64,000 bases of DNA from Tubiluchus corallicola (Eukaryota > Animalia > Priapulida), in contig JAQGDQ010001026.1 of the NCBI GenBank assembly GCA_030141605.1, forward strand, positions 5,273 through 69,272. Direction: 5' to 3'. The notes below the pieces were generated by a model. It was not told the origin of the DNA, ran no database searches, and saw only the letters and a program-made list of their open reading frames with translations. This document shows, in pieces, positions 26,401-39,200 of the stretch. A program made the position numbers and the translations under genes. Position 1 is the first letter of the stretch, and every line of letters starts with the position of its first letter.

Positions 26401-29400
26401 ACTTAGGCTAACAAAATTCATGTGTTTTTTATCAGGTGGGTTGAAAGTGGATGGAGCGCTGATCCTGCTTATGACAGTCAACGGCAGCTTGAAGGTGCGG
26501 TGAAATCTCTGCTGAAGGGAACAGAGGAATTATCCAGAGAAACTTTGCTGATGCAGCTTATTGATGAAAATGCCAAAGGTATTCACACTACCATATACTG
26601 ATAAAGGGGGCAGATACAGGTTTTAGAACAATGGTGAACCCAACAGGAAAGAAGTTAGAGGGTCTGGGGGCGGTGTAAGCTCCCCTGAGAGGTCCACCCG
26701 GACAACAATACATTTTACTGCATTTTAGACCACTTTCCTGCCTTCTAGAAACCATCTCTAGGAAGTTTACTAGTTTAGAACAGGTGTCTCCTGGGTGTGG
26801 GGGCACTGTAAGCTCCCCTGTGAGGTCCACCCACACAACAATACATTTTAGTGCATTTTAGACCACTTTCCTGCCTTCTAGAAACCATCTCTAGGAAGCT
26901 CACTAGTTTAGAACAGGTATATCCTGGGTCTGGGGGCGGTGTAAGCTCCCCTGCGAGGTCCACCCACACAACAATGCATTTTACTGCATTTTAGACCACT
27001 TTTCTGCCTTCTAGAAACCATCTCTAGGAAGTTCACTAGTTTAGAACAGGTGTCTCCTGGGTCTGGGGGTGGTGTAAGCTCCCCTGAGAGGTCCACCCAC
27101 ACAACAATACATTTTACTGCATTTTAGACCACTTTCCTGCCTTCTAGAAATCATCTCTAGGAAGTTCACTAGTTTAGAGCAGGTGTCTCCTGGGTCTGGG
27201 GGCACTGTAAGCTCCCCTGCGAGGTCCACCCACACAACAATACATTTTACTGCATTTTAGACCACTTTCCTGCCTTCTAGAAACCATCTCTAGGAAGTTT
27301 ACTAGTTTAGAACAGGTGTCTCCAGGGTCTGGGGGCGGTGTAAGCTCCCCTGAGAGGTCCACCCACACAACAATGCACTTTACTGCATGTCAGACCAGTT
27401 TCCTGCCTTCTAGAAACCATCTATAGGAAGTTTACTAGTTTAGAACAGGTGTCTCCTGGGTCTGGGGGCGGTGTAAGCTCCCCTGCTAGGTCCACCCACA
27501 CATCAATACATTTTACTGCATTTTAGACCACTTTCCTGCCTTCTAGAAGCCATCTCTAGGAAGTTTACTAGTTTAGAACAGGTGTCTCCTGGGTCTGGGG
27601 GCGGTGTAAGCTCCCCTGTGAGGTCCACCCGGACAACAATACATTTTACTCCATCATAGACCACTTTCCTGCCTTCTAGAAACCATCTCTATGAAGTTCA
27701 CTAGTTTAGAAGAGGTGTCTCCTGGGTCTGGGGGCGGTGTAAGCTCCCCTGAGAGGTCCACCCACACAACAATACATTTTACTGCACTTTAGACCAGTTT
27801 CCTGCCTTCTAGAAATCATCTCTAGGAAGTTTACTAGTTTAGAACAGGTGTCTCCTGGGTCTGGGGGCGGTGTAAGCTCCCCTGAGAGGTCCACCCACAC
27901 AACAATACATTTTACTGCACTTTAGACCAGTTTCCTGCCTTCTNNNNNNNNNNNNNNNNNNNNNNNNNNNNNNNNNNNNNNNNNNNNNNNNNNNNNNNNN
28001 NNNNNNNNNNNNNNNNNNNNNNNNNNNNNNNNNNNNNNNNNNNNNNNNNNNNNNNNNNNNNNNNNNNNNNNNNNNNNNNNNNNNNNNNNNNNNNNNNNNN
28101 NNNNNNNNNNNNNNNNNNNNNNNNNNNNNNNNNNNNNNNNNNNNNNNNNNNNNNNNNNNNNNNNNNNNNNNNNNNNNNNNNNNNNNNNNNNNNNNNNNNN
28201 NNNNNNNNNNNNNNNNNNNNNNNNNNNNNNNNNNNNNNCATCACCTCACCTTTGATTCAAAATTACATACCAATATATCGATATACACTATACAACATAC
28301 ATGATGTACATAACTTTCATCTGTTTTCTTGTGATATATGATTTTTACAGATATAAGGCACCTTTAGGATTCAACAAATGGTTCTAATGCTTATAATTCA
28401 GAGAAAATATTAATTTGGTGTGTTGTAACAGTTATTGTGCAAAGGGAGGGCACAGGTCCCTTGGGCCCACCCCCTAAGATCTGCCACTGCTGATCTACAT
28501 ACTTACAAATACTGCACTGTTTGAGTTTTGTTCGTAATTTGAGATAATACCACTGTAACAGTAATAACATTGTTTTGTATAAGAGTTAGCTCAAAGTTTA
28601 CAGATTTTTAAAATTGTAAAGAGACTTTATGGACACCCTGTATATCACATCATTTGAGATTTACACTGCTCCTTCTCAGCTGCATTGAAATGTAAAAATA
28701 ATTACGACGAATTTTAACTGCTATTGAGAAAATAAAATTGAATTGAATTAAATTGTTGCCTTGAAGCTGAATGCTTTTTGCTACTGCTGCTTTTGACTAT
28801 AACAATGTATAGAATATGTAACGTATAGAATATAATATATATTCTCAACCTCGAACTCTTTATATTTTATTGTTAGGAAATATAGGAAAGATCATTGACA
28901 GGATGATGGCTCTACATGATTACATTCTCTGGGATATTACTCAGGAGGAAGCTTTGCCTGTGATATCAGCAGTATTGTCTATTGCTTTTATTATAACCGC
29001 AGGATATTTTATTGCTTATCTAGTGTAAGTACGAGCAGTATATTTCTTCAACTAGATTATGAGTAACATTAAAGGACAAGAAAAGGGGCACCTGAAGTAG
29101 GTTTCAGAAAAATCGCCTTAAAAAATTACACTACCTTACAGCAATTAATACAAAATTTTCCAAGAATGTTTATATGATTACTTGGGACCCGTGCCATTCT
29201 TTAATGCCCACGAATTGCCAAAACACGACACAAAAAAAACTTATAGGAGATTCTCAAATATAGAAATTTAGTATTTACAAATTGTCTTATGAAATATTTA
29301 CTTATCATACTGTTTCATAAGCACAGCATAAAAATGTGGATAAAATAGTTTGATTCTGTGCGAAATATTCATCACAAGTATGAGCTGCAGGTCTACTTAA

Positions 29401-32400
29401 AGTTATCACAACGACTGATTTTACACTTTAAAGGTTAAAGGACAAGAAAAGGGGCACCTGAAGTAGGTTTCAGAAAAATCATCTTAAAAAATTATATTAC
29501 TTTATAGCAATTTTATGCGTATATCGTACTCTCACTGAAAGGAATTTTAGTTTGTTTTCATTTTAAATCTCCCGCAATACTGTTCCGACGGCGCCATTAC
29601 ATGACGTCATGCACCAAACGTAAATCAAGGGAAGAAAAGAAAATGTTAAATTATGTCACCACTCACTAACCAAAAAACATATTTTTAATCTTATTGACAA
29701 GATACAGTAATTTTAATTTTATTTACTTAGTGACATGTGCGCTACGAATGCTCTGATTATTTTTTCAAACTTTACAAAATGTTATCAAAACTTATTTCAA
29801 ATGACCTGTCGTGAAAATGGCTGCGTCTAACGGTCATCGCGGGAGTTTAAATTTATATGTTTTTACAGCGTGACTGCCGATTGAAGTCCTGTATGCAAAA
29901 AGGCAGTATGTAAGCGATATAAAATTTCAAAACGAATTTTTCGTGCTTTATGTTTATGAAGGGTTTTCTTGGGCTTTAGCAATGTCTTGTCCGTGGAGTT
30001 TTAAGATGTAGTATGCTAGTTTTACTGACTGTTTTATATGTTAACAATGTCATATAAAACGTCATATTGATGCTTAGAATATTTGTGTTGGTGTCTTCTG
30101 TACAGTTAATTCTTATATTAAAACTGCTTGGTAGTTTTTGTTCTTGCATGACCCGAAAAGGATATACACAGAATGTTACAAAAACTTACAAGATAGTTTG
30201 ATACTTGTTGTACTGTTGTGGAGATCGCTGGCATCTCTATTAGAATTAAATAGAACATTGTAGAATGTTGTGTTAGAATAATCGTCTTACCGTGTAGAAT
30301 GTTCCAGAAGGAAACTTCTGGAAGCTTCTCGGGCGCGCTATATAAGGTGAAGCAGGCCGCTGAGACTCACGCAGATTTCACACGGACGCCACTTATCCAT
30401 TCTCTTGTATACTTCTATTTTCAGATACACTCAAGCGTTTTCCAGATTTTCACGTTTAGTGTAAACATTTCGCGTTCCTTCATGCTTTTGTGTTGTAGAA
30501 TTCTCGCTTAACAAACTAGTTTAATTTTTTCGAAGTGTTTTCTGGTTTTCTCTACGAGCCTTCCGAGAGAAACAAAACACAACATGTACATGGATGGAAT
30601 TGGCTATTTTTTGCAATGTGAAGGTGTAACGTTGGAGGTAACCATTGCAGTCCGGGTACCAATGTGTTTTTTTTTGCATTTTTCCACCTCTCATGCATTA
30701 TGTTTTTCATTCAGGAGTGAAGCCGCACTAAAATCGACATACAACCAGGTGAAGGACATTGTCATGATCTCAGTGTGTAATTTTAACATGCAGCATTCTG
30801 ATTGTCTCTTGCAGGAAAATGGAGGAAGACAGTATCTCGGAGAAGCGAGCATCCCAGGAACAGTACAGAAAAAGGAGAGCCCTGGAAACAGCGTAAGTTA
30901 TTGTGCTTGTGCAAATGTCAAAACGTCCGATGTCACTTTTCAAATCCGCCTGTTTGATATCATTCATCTGTCGTTTAGCTATTTCGTGTAATGCCACCTT
31001 GATAAGAATCTTTGTACCGTGAAACATTTTTAATCAAGTGTCACAAATCCAAGTTAAAAAAGTTTCAATTCAATTCAATTCAAAGGTTTTATTCATCTCT
31101 AATATAATATTTATAGCGCAAATGCAACAAAATATATAAAGTATGCAGAGATGGGGTGGCCACCCCTATACAACTTAGAATTATTATAAAGCACGGCAGA
31201 CTAGATGGTTAAGTGAATACATACGTGGTTAGATCTTAAGTGTAGCAAATAAACAAAATGCAAAGCAGTTATATTATAATTATACCAATGGAAAATAAGC
31301 AAGCAAATAATGCAGTTAAAAATTAAAACCACAACTGAACAAGTCATGAATGCAACAACAAAAAAAGCAAGCAATCTGGTTAAATCATAAATGCAGCGAG
31401 TGAACTAAAATGCAGCAAATGAACGAAAATATAGTTAAATAATGAATGCACAACAAAAAAAAAATAAAAGAAAGAAAATTTGTGCAGTAAGTCTTAAATG
31501 TAATAAATGAACAAAAGCAATCGGTAATCATAATGTGACAAATTAACACAGTTGATTGTGAAGAAGTAAGAACTAAGAAACCTGGGATTACATGTTTCTG
31601 GTTCAATATCTTGCTGCTATGCTTTTACTGGAATATCCAATTGTATTTCAGTCATGTACTTTTATTGTGTATTCTCTGAAATTATTGATATTTGCAAGAT
31701 CCCACTATTTTTGTATCAATCAATCAATCAATCAATCAATTTATTTCACTCCAGCAATACATATACAATACATCAACATACAATATTATTGAAACAAAAA
31801 GAAACAGTATAGGTAAAAAAAGCGTTGATGAAGTCAAATTAACCAAATAAAAGAGTTGCTGTATGACACCTTGAAAGCTTGGCTTGTTAAGGTGGCACAT
31901 ATGAGTGAATGAAAGAATGGTTAGGGTTAGTAGACATGCTGGAATGGAAAAAAATAGTAAGATTAGGGATAGGAAGAAGGAAGGGAGGGAAGGATGAGTG
32001 AATGAAAGAATGGTTAGGGTTAGTAGACATGATGGAATGGAAAAAAATAGTAAGATTAGGGATAGGAAGAAGGAAGGGAGGGAAGGATGAGTGAATGAAA
32101 GAATGGTTAGGGTTAGTAGACATGATGGAATGGAAAAAAATAGTAAGATTAGGGATAGGAAGAAGGAAGGGAGGGGAGGATGAGTGAATGAAAGAATGGT
32201 TAGGGTTAGTAGACATGATGGAATGGAAAAAATAGTAAGATTAGGGATAGGAAGAAGGAAGGGAGGGAAGGATGAGTGAATGAAAGAATGGTTAGGGTTA
32301 GTAGACATGATGGAATGGAAAAAATAGTAAGATTAGGGATAGGAAGAAGGAAGGGAGGGAAGGATGAGTGAATGAAAGAATGGTTAGGGTTAGTAGACAT

Positions 32401-35400
32401 GATGGAATGGAAAAAAATAGTAAGATTAGGGATAGGAAGAAGGAAGGGAGGGAAGGATGAGTGAATGAAAGAATGGTTAGGGTTAGTAGACATGATGGAA
32501 TGGAAAAAAATAGTAAGATTAGGGATAGGAAGAAGGAAGGGAGGGAAGGATGAGTGAATGAAAGAATGGTTAGGGTTAGTAGACATGATGGATTGGAAAA
32601 AAATAGTAAGATTAGGGATAGGAAGAAGGAAAAGAGGAGAAGAAACGACCACAGTGTATGTTTAATTTACATAGAGGTATATTAAAATAGCATTATAATT
32701 GATTGGAGGCCACATATTGCGACTGCATGACTGTATTACCATAAACATTTTATTACCTGATTTAAATCTTCAGCCAGCACAAACTGATAAATAATTGTGT
32801 CATTCATTATTTAGTGTTAGTGTCACAGTGTATGGTAATAATTGTGTCATTCATTATTTAGTGTTAGCGTCACAGTGTATGGTAATAATTGTGTCATTCA
32901 TTATTTAGTGTTAGTGTCACAGTGTATGGTAATAATTGTGTCATTCATTATTTAGTGTTAGCGTCACAGTGTATGGTAATAATTGTGTCATTCATTATTT
33001 AGTGTTAGTGTCACAGTGTATGGTAATAATTGTGTCATTCATTATTTAGTGTTAGCGTCACAGTGTATGGTAATAATTGTGTCATTCATTATTTAGTGTT
33101 AGTGTCACAGTGTATGGTAATAATTGTGTCATTCATTATTTAGTGTTAGCGTCACAGTGTATGGTAATAATTGTGTCATTCATTATTTAGTGTTAGTGTC
33201 ACAGTGTATGGTAATAATTGTGTCATTCATTATTTAGTGTTAGTGTCACAGTGTATGGTAATAATTGTGTCATTCATTATTTAGTGTTAGTGTCACAGTG
33301 TATGGTAATAATTGTGTCATTCATTATTTAGTGTTAGTGTCACAGTGTATGGTAATAATTGTGTCATTCATTATTTAGTGTTAGTGTCACAGTGTATGGT
33401 AATAATTGTGTCATTCATTATTTAGTGTTAGTGTCACAGTGTATGGTAATAATTGTGTCATTCATTATTTAGTGTTAGTGTCACAGTGTATGGTAATAAT
33501 TGTGTCGTTCATTATTTAGTGTTAGTGTCACAGTGTATGGTGTTTATCTTTTAGTCCCCGTTCAGTACCGCTGTATGAGCTGCATGGTGGGACATACGAT
33601 GGTTTGGTGCGTCTCCTCAAACCAGGTTGCAGGACTTTGGTTATAATGATCGACGAAAGTTGCAAGCAGAAGCTTCTTGAAAAATTTGCTTCAGTTGTGT
33701 ATCCTTATAGAGGGTAAGCAGTGTTAATCGGCAGTCATATAGTGTGGGTTTTCCCCTCCTTATGCGGGACCCAAATTAGCCGCAGCCTGTAGAAAAACCG
33801 TGCTCATTTGTCGTACTTAATCATACCGCAGCATCCAAATTAACCGCAGCCTGAAGAAAAACCGTGCTCATTTGTCGTACTTGATCATACCGCAGCATCC
33901 AAATTAGCCGCAGCCTGAAGAAAAACCGTGCTCATTTGTCGTACTTGATCATACCGCAGCATCCAAATTAGCTGCAGCCCGAAGAAAAACCGTGCTCATT
34001 TGTCGTACTTGATCGTACCGTAGCATCCAAATTAGCCGCAGCCTGAAGAAAAACCGTGCTCATTTGTCGTACTTGATCATACCGCAGCATCCAAATTTGC
34101 CGCAGCCTGAAGAAAAACCGTGCTCATTTGTCGTACTTGATCGTACCGCAGCATCCAAATTAGCCGCAGCCTGAAGAAAAACCGTGCTCATTTGTCGTAC
34201 TTGATCATACCTCAGCATCCAAATTAGCCGCAGCCTGAAGAAAAACCATGCTCATTCGTCGTACTTGATCATACCGCAGCATCCAAATTAGCCGCAGCCT
34301 GAAGAAAAACCGTGCTCATTTGTCGTACTTAATCATACCGCAGCATCCAAATTAGCCGCAGCCTGAAGAAAAACCGTGCTCATTTGTCGTACTTAATCAT
34401 AGTGCAGCATCCAAATTAGCCGCAGCCTGAAGAAAAACCGTGCTCATTTGTCGTACTTGATCATACCGCAGCATCCAAATTAGCCGCAGCCTGAAGAAAA
34501 ACCGTGCTCATTTGTCGTACTTGATCATACCGCAGCATCCAAATTAGCCGCAGCCTGAAGAAAAACCGTGCTCATTTGTCGTACTTGATCATACCGCAGC
34601 ATCCAAATTAGCCGCAGCCTGAAGAAAAACCGTGCTCATTTGTCGTACTTGATCATACCGTAGCATCCAAATTAGCCGCAGCCCGAAGAAAAACCGTGCT
34701 CATTTGTGGTACTTAATCATAGTGCAGCATCCAAATTAGCCGCAGCCTGAAGAAAAACCGTGCTCATTTGTCATACTTAATCATACCGCAGCATCCAAAT
34801 TAGCCGCAGCCTGAAGAAAAACCGTGCTCATTTGTCGTACTTAATCATACCGCAGCATCCAAATTAGCCACAGCCTGAAGAAAAACCGTGCTCATTTGTC
34901 GTACTTGATCATACCGCAGCATCCAAATTAGCCGCAGCCTGAAGAAAAACCGTGCTCATTTGTCGTACTTAATCATACCGCAGCATCCAAATTAGCCGCA
35001 GCCTGAAGAAAAACCGTGCTCATTTGTCTTACTTGATCATACCGCAGCATCCAAATTAGCTGCAGCCTGAAGAAAAACCGTGCTCATTTGTGGTACTTAA
35101 TCATGCCGCAGCATCCAAATTAGCCGCAGCCTGAAGAAAAACCGTGCTCATTTGTCGTACTTAGTCATACCGCAGCAATTACTTAATTACTTAATTACTG
35201 GTACAGATTATGCAAAACAAGGCATCTTTGATAAATCTTTAGAGCTGATGTCAACATAGCACAATCCATTACCTTCCTTCCTATCATTTCCACCAACACA
35301 TCCTTCTACCCTTCCTGTGTGATCTAACCTTTCTCCCAGTTCTTTTTTTTTGTTCACTCATCCATTCTTTTTTTATCGGGTTCACATGACAGTGGGCTTA

Positions 35401-36225
35401 TACAAGCCTTTGCTTCTCTAGCCCACTGCAGTACAATTATTCTTTTATGATAACGATAGTGTATGAAACATAACAATTTAATACAGTAGATGTAATAATT
35501 TTGATGTCACTGTGTGCTTAATGTCATTATATTGTACTGAATGTGATAATAATAATAAATAATAAAAAAATAATTCTAAAGACTTGTGCAAACATTTCGT
35601 TTGGTTAGCCGAATTACCCAGGTGCCCCAGCATTTGCCACAAGGTCTAAATTATGTTTACTTTCAATTACTGTAGTGATGTGGCTTCACAAATTTTTTTA
35701 ATTACAACTACATCAGGTCAAACTGTAGTTTTAGACATTTTAGCCATTTCTTTGTGTAAATAATCAGAAGTTGATGTTTTTTTTTGTTCTTAGAAATAAA
35801 AGTCTAGCATTTGCATTTCTGCACCTTGAGAAGCACGTAAAGTGGTATAGGAGGTTACTATTGCTTACGCTTGGGGCTCTTAGTCAAAATAGGGAATTGA
35901 ACATCAACCCGAAAAACTGTGTTGGGACAGTATTAGCGCTCAACGGACATCGCAAGTACTACTGCATTTATCATGCGAAGCATCCAGGTATGTTATTTGT
36001 TTGGAGAGTTGTATAGGATAGTTGCTATACAGTGTAGTGTAGTTGAGTATGTGTGTGTGTGTGTGTGCGTGCGTGCGTGTGTGTGTGAATGCTATATATG
36101 CTATGTCATCATAATTGTGTGTGTGTGTGTGTGAATGCTATATATGCTATGTCATCATAATTGTGTGTGTGTGTGTGTGCATGCGTGTGCGTGCGTGTGT
36201 GTATGCTATATATGCTGTCATCATA

Positions 36226-36259
<34 letters not shown>

Positions 36260-39200
36260 AGTATGTATATATGTATATGTGTGTTTGTGTATATATATAA
36301 TGTATATGTATATAGGTGTGTATGTATGTGAATATATATGTGTGTAGTGTATATGAGTGTATATTGCATGTACATATACTCATACATACACACAGACATA
36401 TACATACACATATATATACTATATACACATTGCATATATGTGTGTGTGTGTGTATGCATGCATGCGTGCGTATGTGCGTGTATATGTGTCTGTGTGTATG
36501 TATTATGTATATGTGTGTGTGTATATAGTGTATATGCGTGTATGATGTATATGTGTCTGTGTGTATGTATTATGTATATGTGTGTGGATAGTATATATAG
36601 TGTATAGTATAGTGTATATGAGTGTATAGTGCATGTACATATACTTATACGTACACACAGACACATACATATACACACATATATACAGTATATACACGGT
36701 GTATATGTGTGTGTGTGTGTGTGCGTGCGTATGTGCGTGTATATGTGTCTGTGTGTATGTATTATGTATATGTGTGTGTATGTATTGTGTATAGTCTAGT
36801 GTAGTTGCTCAGTATTAATATTTTTTTGTAACCTATACAGTGTGGAAGGCATTCCAGTCAGCATATATTGACAAATATTCTTGTTTTTCGCTTTTGTCTA
36901 AGCACTTCACAAAGTGTGGTGCTGCTGCGTGACAGCTGAATTTGGTGTCTTTCCATCGGTAATCTTTTCGTTGGCGGAATGTTTATATATATTAGCTGTT
37001 ACTACAGGTAAACAAGTAAAGCATAGCACATAAATATTGAGCAACATTTGCATCTTTGCTCATTATTTATTATCAGTAAACTGATGAGTCAATTTAGTTG
37101 CAGTTTTTGTTGCAGTTTTGCTACTTGCAAACATTAGTCTCTTGCTCAATGAGTTCGTTGATTTCTTCGTGTCAATGAGTTCGTTGATTCCTTCGTGTCA
37201 ATGAGTTTGTTGATTCCTTCGTGTCAATGAGTTCGTTGATTCCTTCGTGTCAATGAGTTCGTTAATTCCTTCGTGTCAATGAGTCCGTTAATTCCTTCGT
37301 GTCAATGAGTCCGTTAATTCCTTCGTGTCAATGAGTTCGTTAATTCCTTTGTGTCAATGAGTTCGTTAATTCCTTCGTGTCAATGAGTTCGTTAATTCCT
37401 TCGTGTCAATGAGTTCGTTGATTTCTTCGTGTCAATGAGTTCGTTGATTTTTTCGTGTCAATGAGTTCGTTGATTCCTTCGTGTCAATGAGTTTGCTAAT
37501 TCCTTCGTGTCAATGAGTTCATTAATTCCTTCGTGTCAATGAGTTTGCTAATTCCTTCGTGTCAATGAGTTCATTAATTCCTTCGTGTCAATGAGTTTGT
37601 TGATTCCTTCATGTCAATGAGTTTGTTGATTCCTTCGTTGATTTCTTCGTGTCAATGAGTTCGTTGATTTCTTCGTGTCAATGAGTTCGTTGATTCCTTC
37701 GTGTCAATGAGTTCGTTGATTCCTTCGTGTCAATGAGTTCGTTGATTCCTTCGTGTCAATGAGTTCGTTGATTTCTTCGTGTCAGTGAGTTCGTTGATTC
37801 CTTCGTGTCAATGAGTTCGTTAATTCCTTCGTGTCAATGAGTTCGTTGATTTCTTCGTGTCATTGAGTTCGTTGATTCCTTCGTGTCAATGAGTTCGTTG
37901 ATTCCTTCGTGTCAATGAGTTCGTTGATTCCTTCGTGTCAATGAGTTCGTTGATTCCTTCGTGTCAATGAGTTCGTTGATTCCTTCGTGTCAATGAGTTT
38001 GTTGATTTCTTCGTGTCAATGAGTTCGTTGATTCCTTCATGTCAATGAGTTCGTTGATTTCTTCGTGTCAATGAGTTCGTTGATTTCTTCGTGTCATCCT
38101 TCGTGTCAATGAGTTCGTTGATTTCTTCGTGTCAATGAGTTCGTTGATTCCTTCGTGTCAATGAGTTCGTTGATTTCTTCGTGTCATTGAGTTCGTTGAT
38201 TCCTTCGTGTCAATGAGTTCGTTGATTTCTTCGTGTCAATGAGTTCGTTGATTTCTTTGTGTCAATGAGTTCGTTGATTTCTTCGTGTCAATGAGTTCGT
38301 TGATTTCTTTGTGTCAATGAGTTCGTTGATTCCTTCGTGTCAATGAGTTCGTTGATTTCTTCGTGTCATTGAGTTCGTTAATTCCTTCGTGTCAATGAGT
38401 TCGTTGATTCCTTCGTGTCAATGAGTTCGTTGATTCCTTCGTGTCAATGAGTTCGTTAATTCCTTCGTGTCAATGAGTTCGTTGATTCCTTCGTGTGAAT
38501 GAGTTCGTTGATTCCTTCGTGTGAATGAGTTCGTTAATTCCTTCGTGTGAATGAGTTCGTTAATTCCTTCGTGTCAATGAGTTCGTCGATTCGTTCGTGT
38601 CAATGAGTTCATTAATTCCTTCGTGTCAATGAGTTCATTAATTCCTTTGTGTTAATGAGTTCGTTGATTCCTTCGTGTCAATGAGTTCGTTGATTCCTTC
38701 GTGACAATGAGTTCGTTGATTCCTTCGTGTCAATGAGTTCGTTGATTCCTTCGTGTCAATGAGTTCGTTGATTTCTTCGTGTCAATGAGTTCGTTGATTT
38801 CTTCGTGTCAATGAGTTCGTTGATTTCTTCGTGTCATCCTTCGTGTCAGTGAGTTCGTTGATTCCTTCGTGTCAATGAGTTCGTTGATTTCTTCGTGTCA
38901 TTGAGTTCGTTGATTCCTTCGTGTCAATGAGTTCGTTGATTTCTTCGTGTCAATGAGTTCGTTGATTTCTTCGTGTCAATGAGTTCGTTGATTCCTTCGT
39001 GTCAATGAGTTCGTTGATTTCTTCGTGTCATTGAGTTCGTTAATTCCTTCGTGTCAATGAGTTCGTTGATTCCTTCGTGTCAATGAGTTCGTTGATTCCT
39101 TCGTGTCAATGATTTCGTTAATTCCTTCGTGTCAATGAGTTCGTTGATTCCTTCGTGTGAATGAGTTCGTTGATTCCTTCGTGTGAATGAGTTCGTTAAT

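Noticed and set aside
26588-27900. Tandem family of 64-aa ORFs (MWVDL...)
   Set aside because: Artefact of the 133-bp satellite: GTG starts, overlapping frames, intronic antisense location.
31918-32580. Interstitial telomere
   Set aside because: Only isolated TTAGGG motifs within a 92-bp unit, with no tandem telomeric tract.
33771-35177. Hammerhead ribozyme/retrozyme array (CTGAAGA in each unit) or CRISPR array
   Set aside because: No stem II followed by GAAA and no closing helices found; units are head-to-tail without unique spacers, and the context is eukaryotic with no cas genes.
37081-37110. Hammerhead core CTGATGAGTC just before the 26-bp array
   Set aside because: No downstream GAC-GAAA partner.
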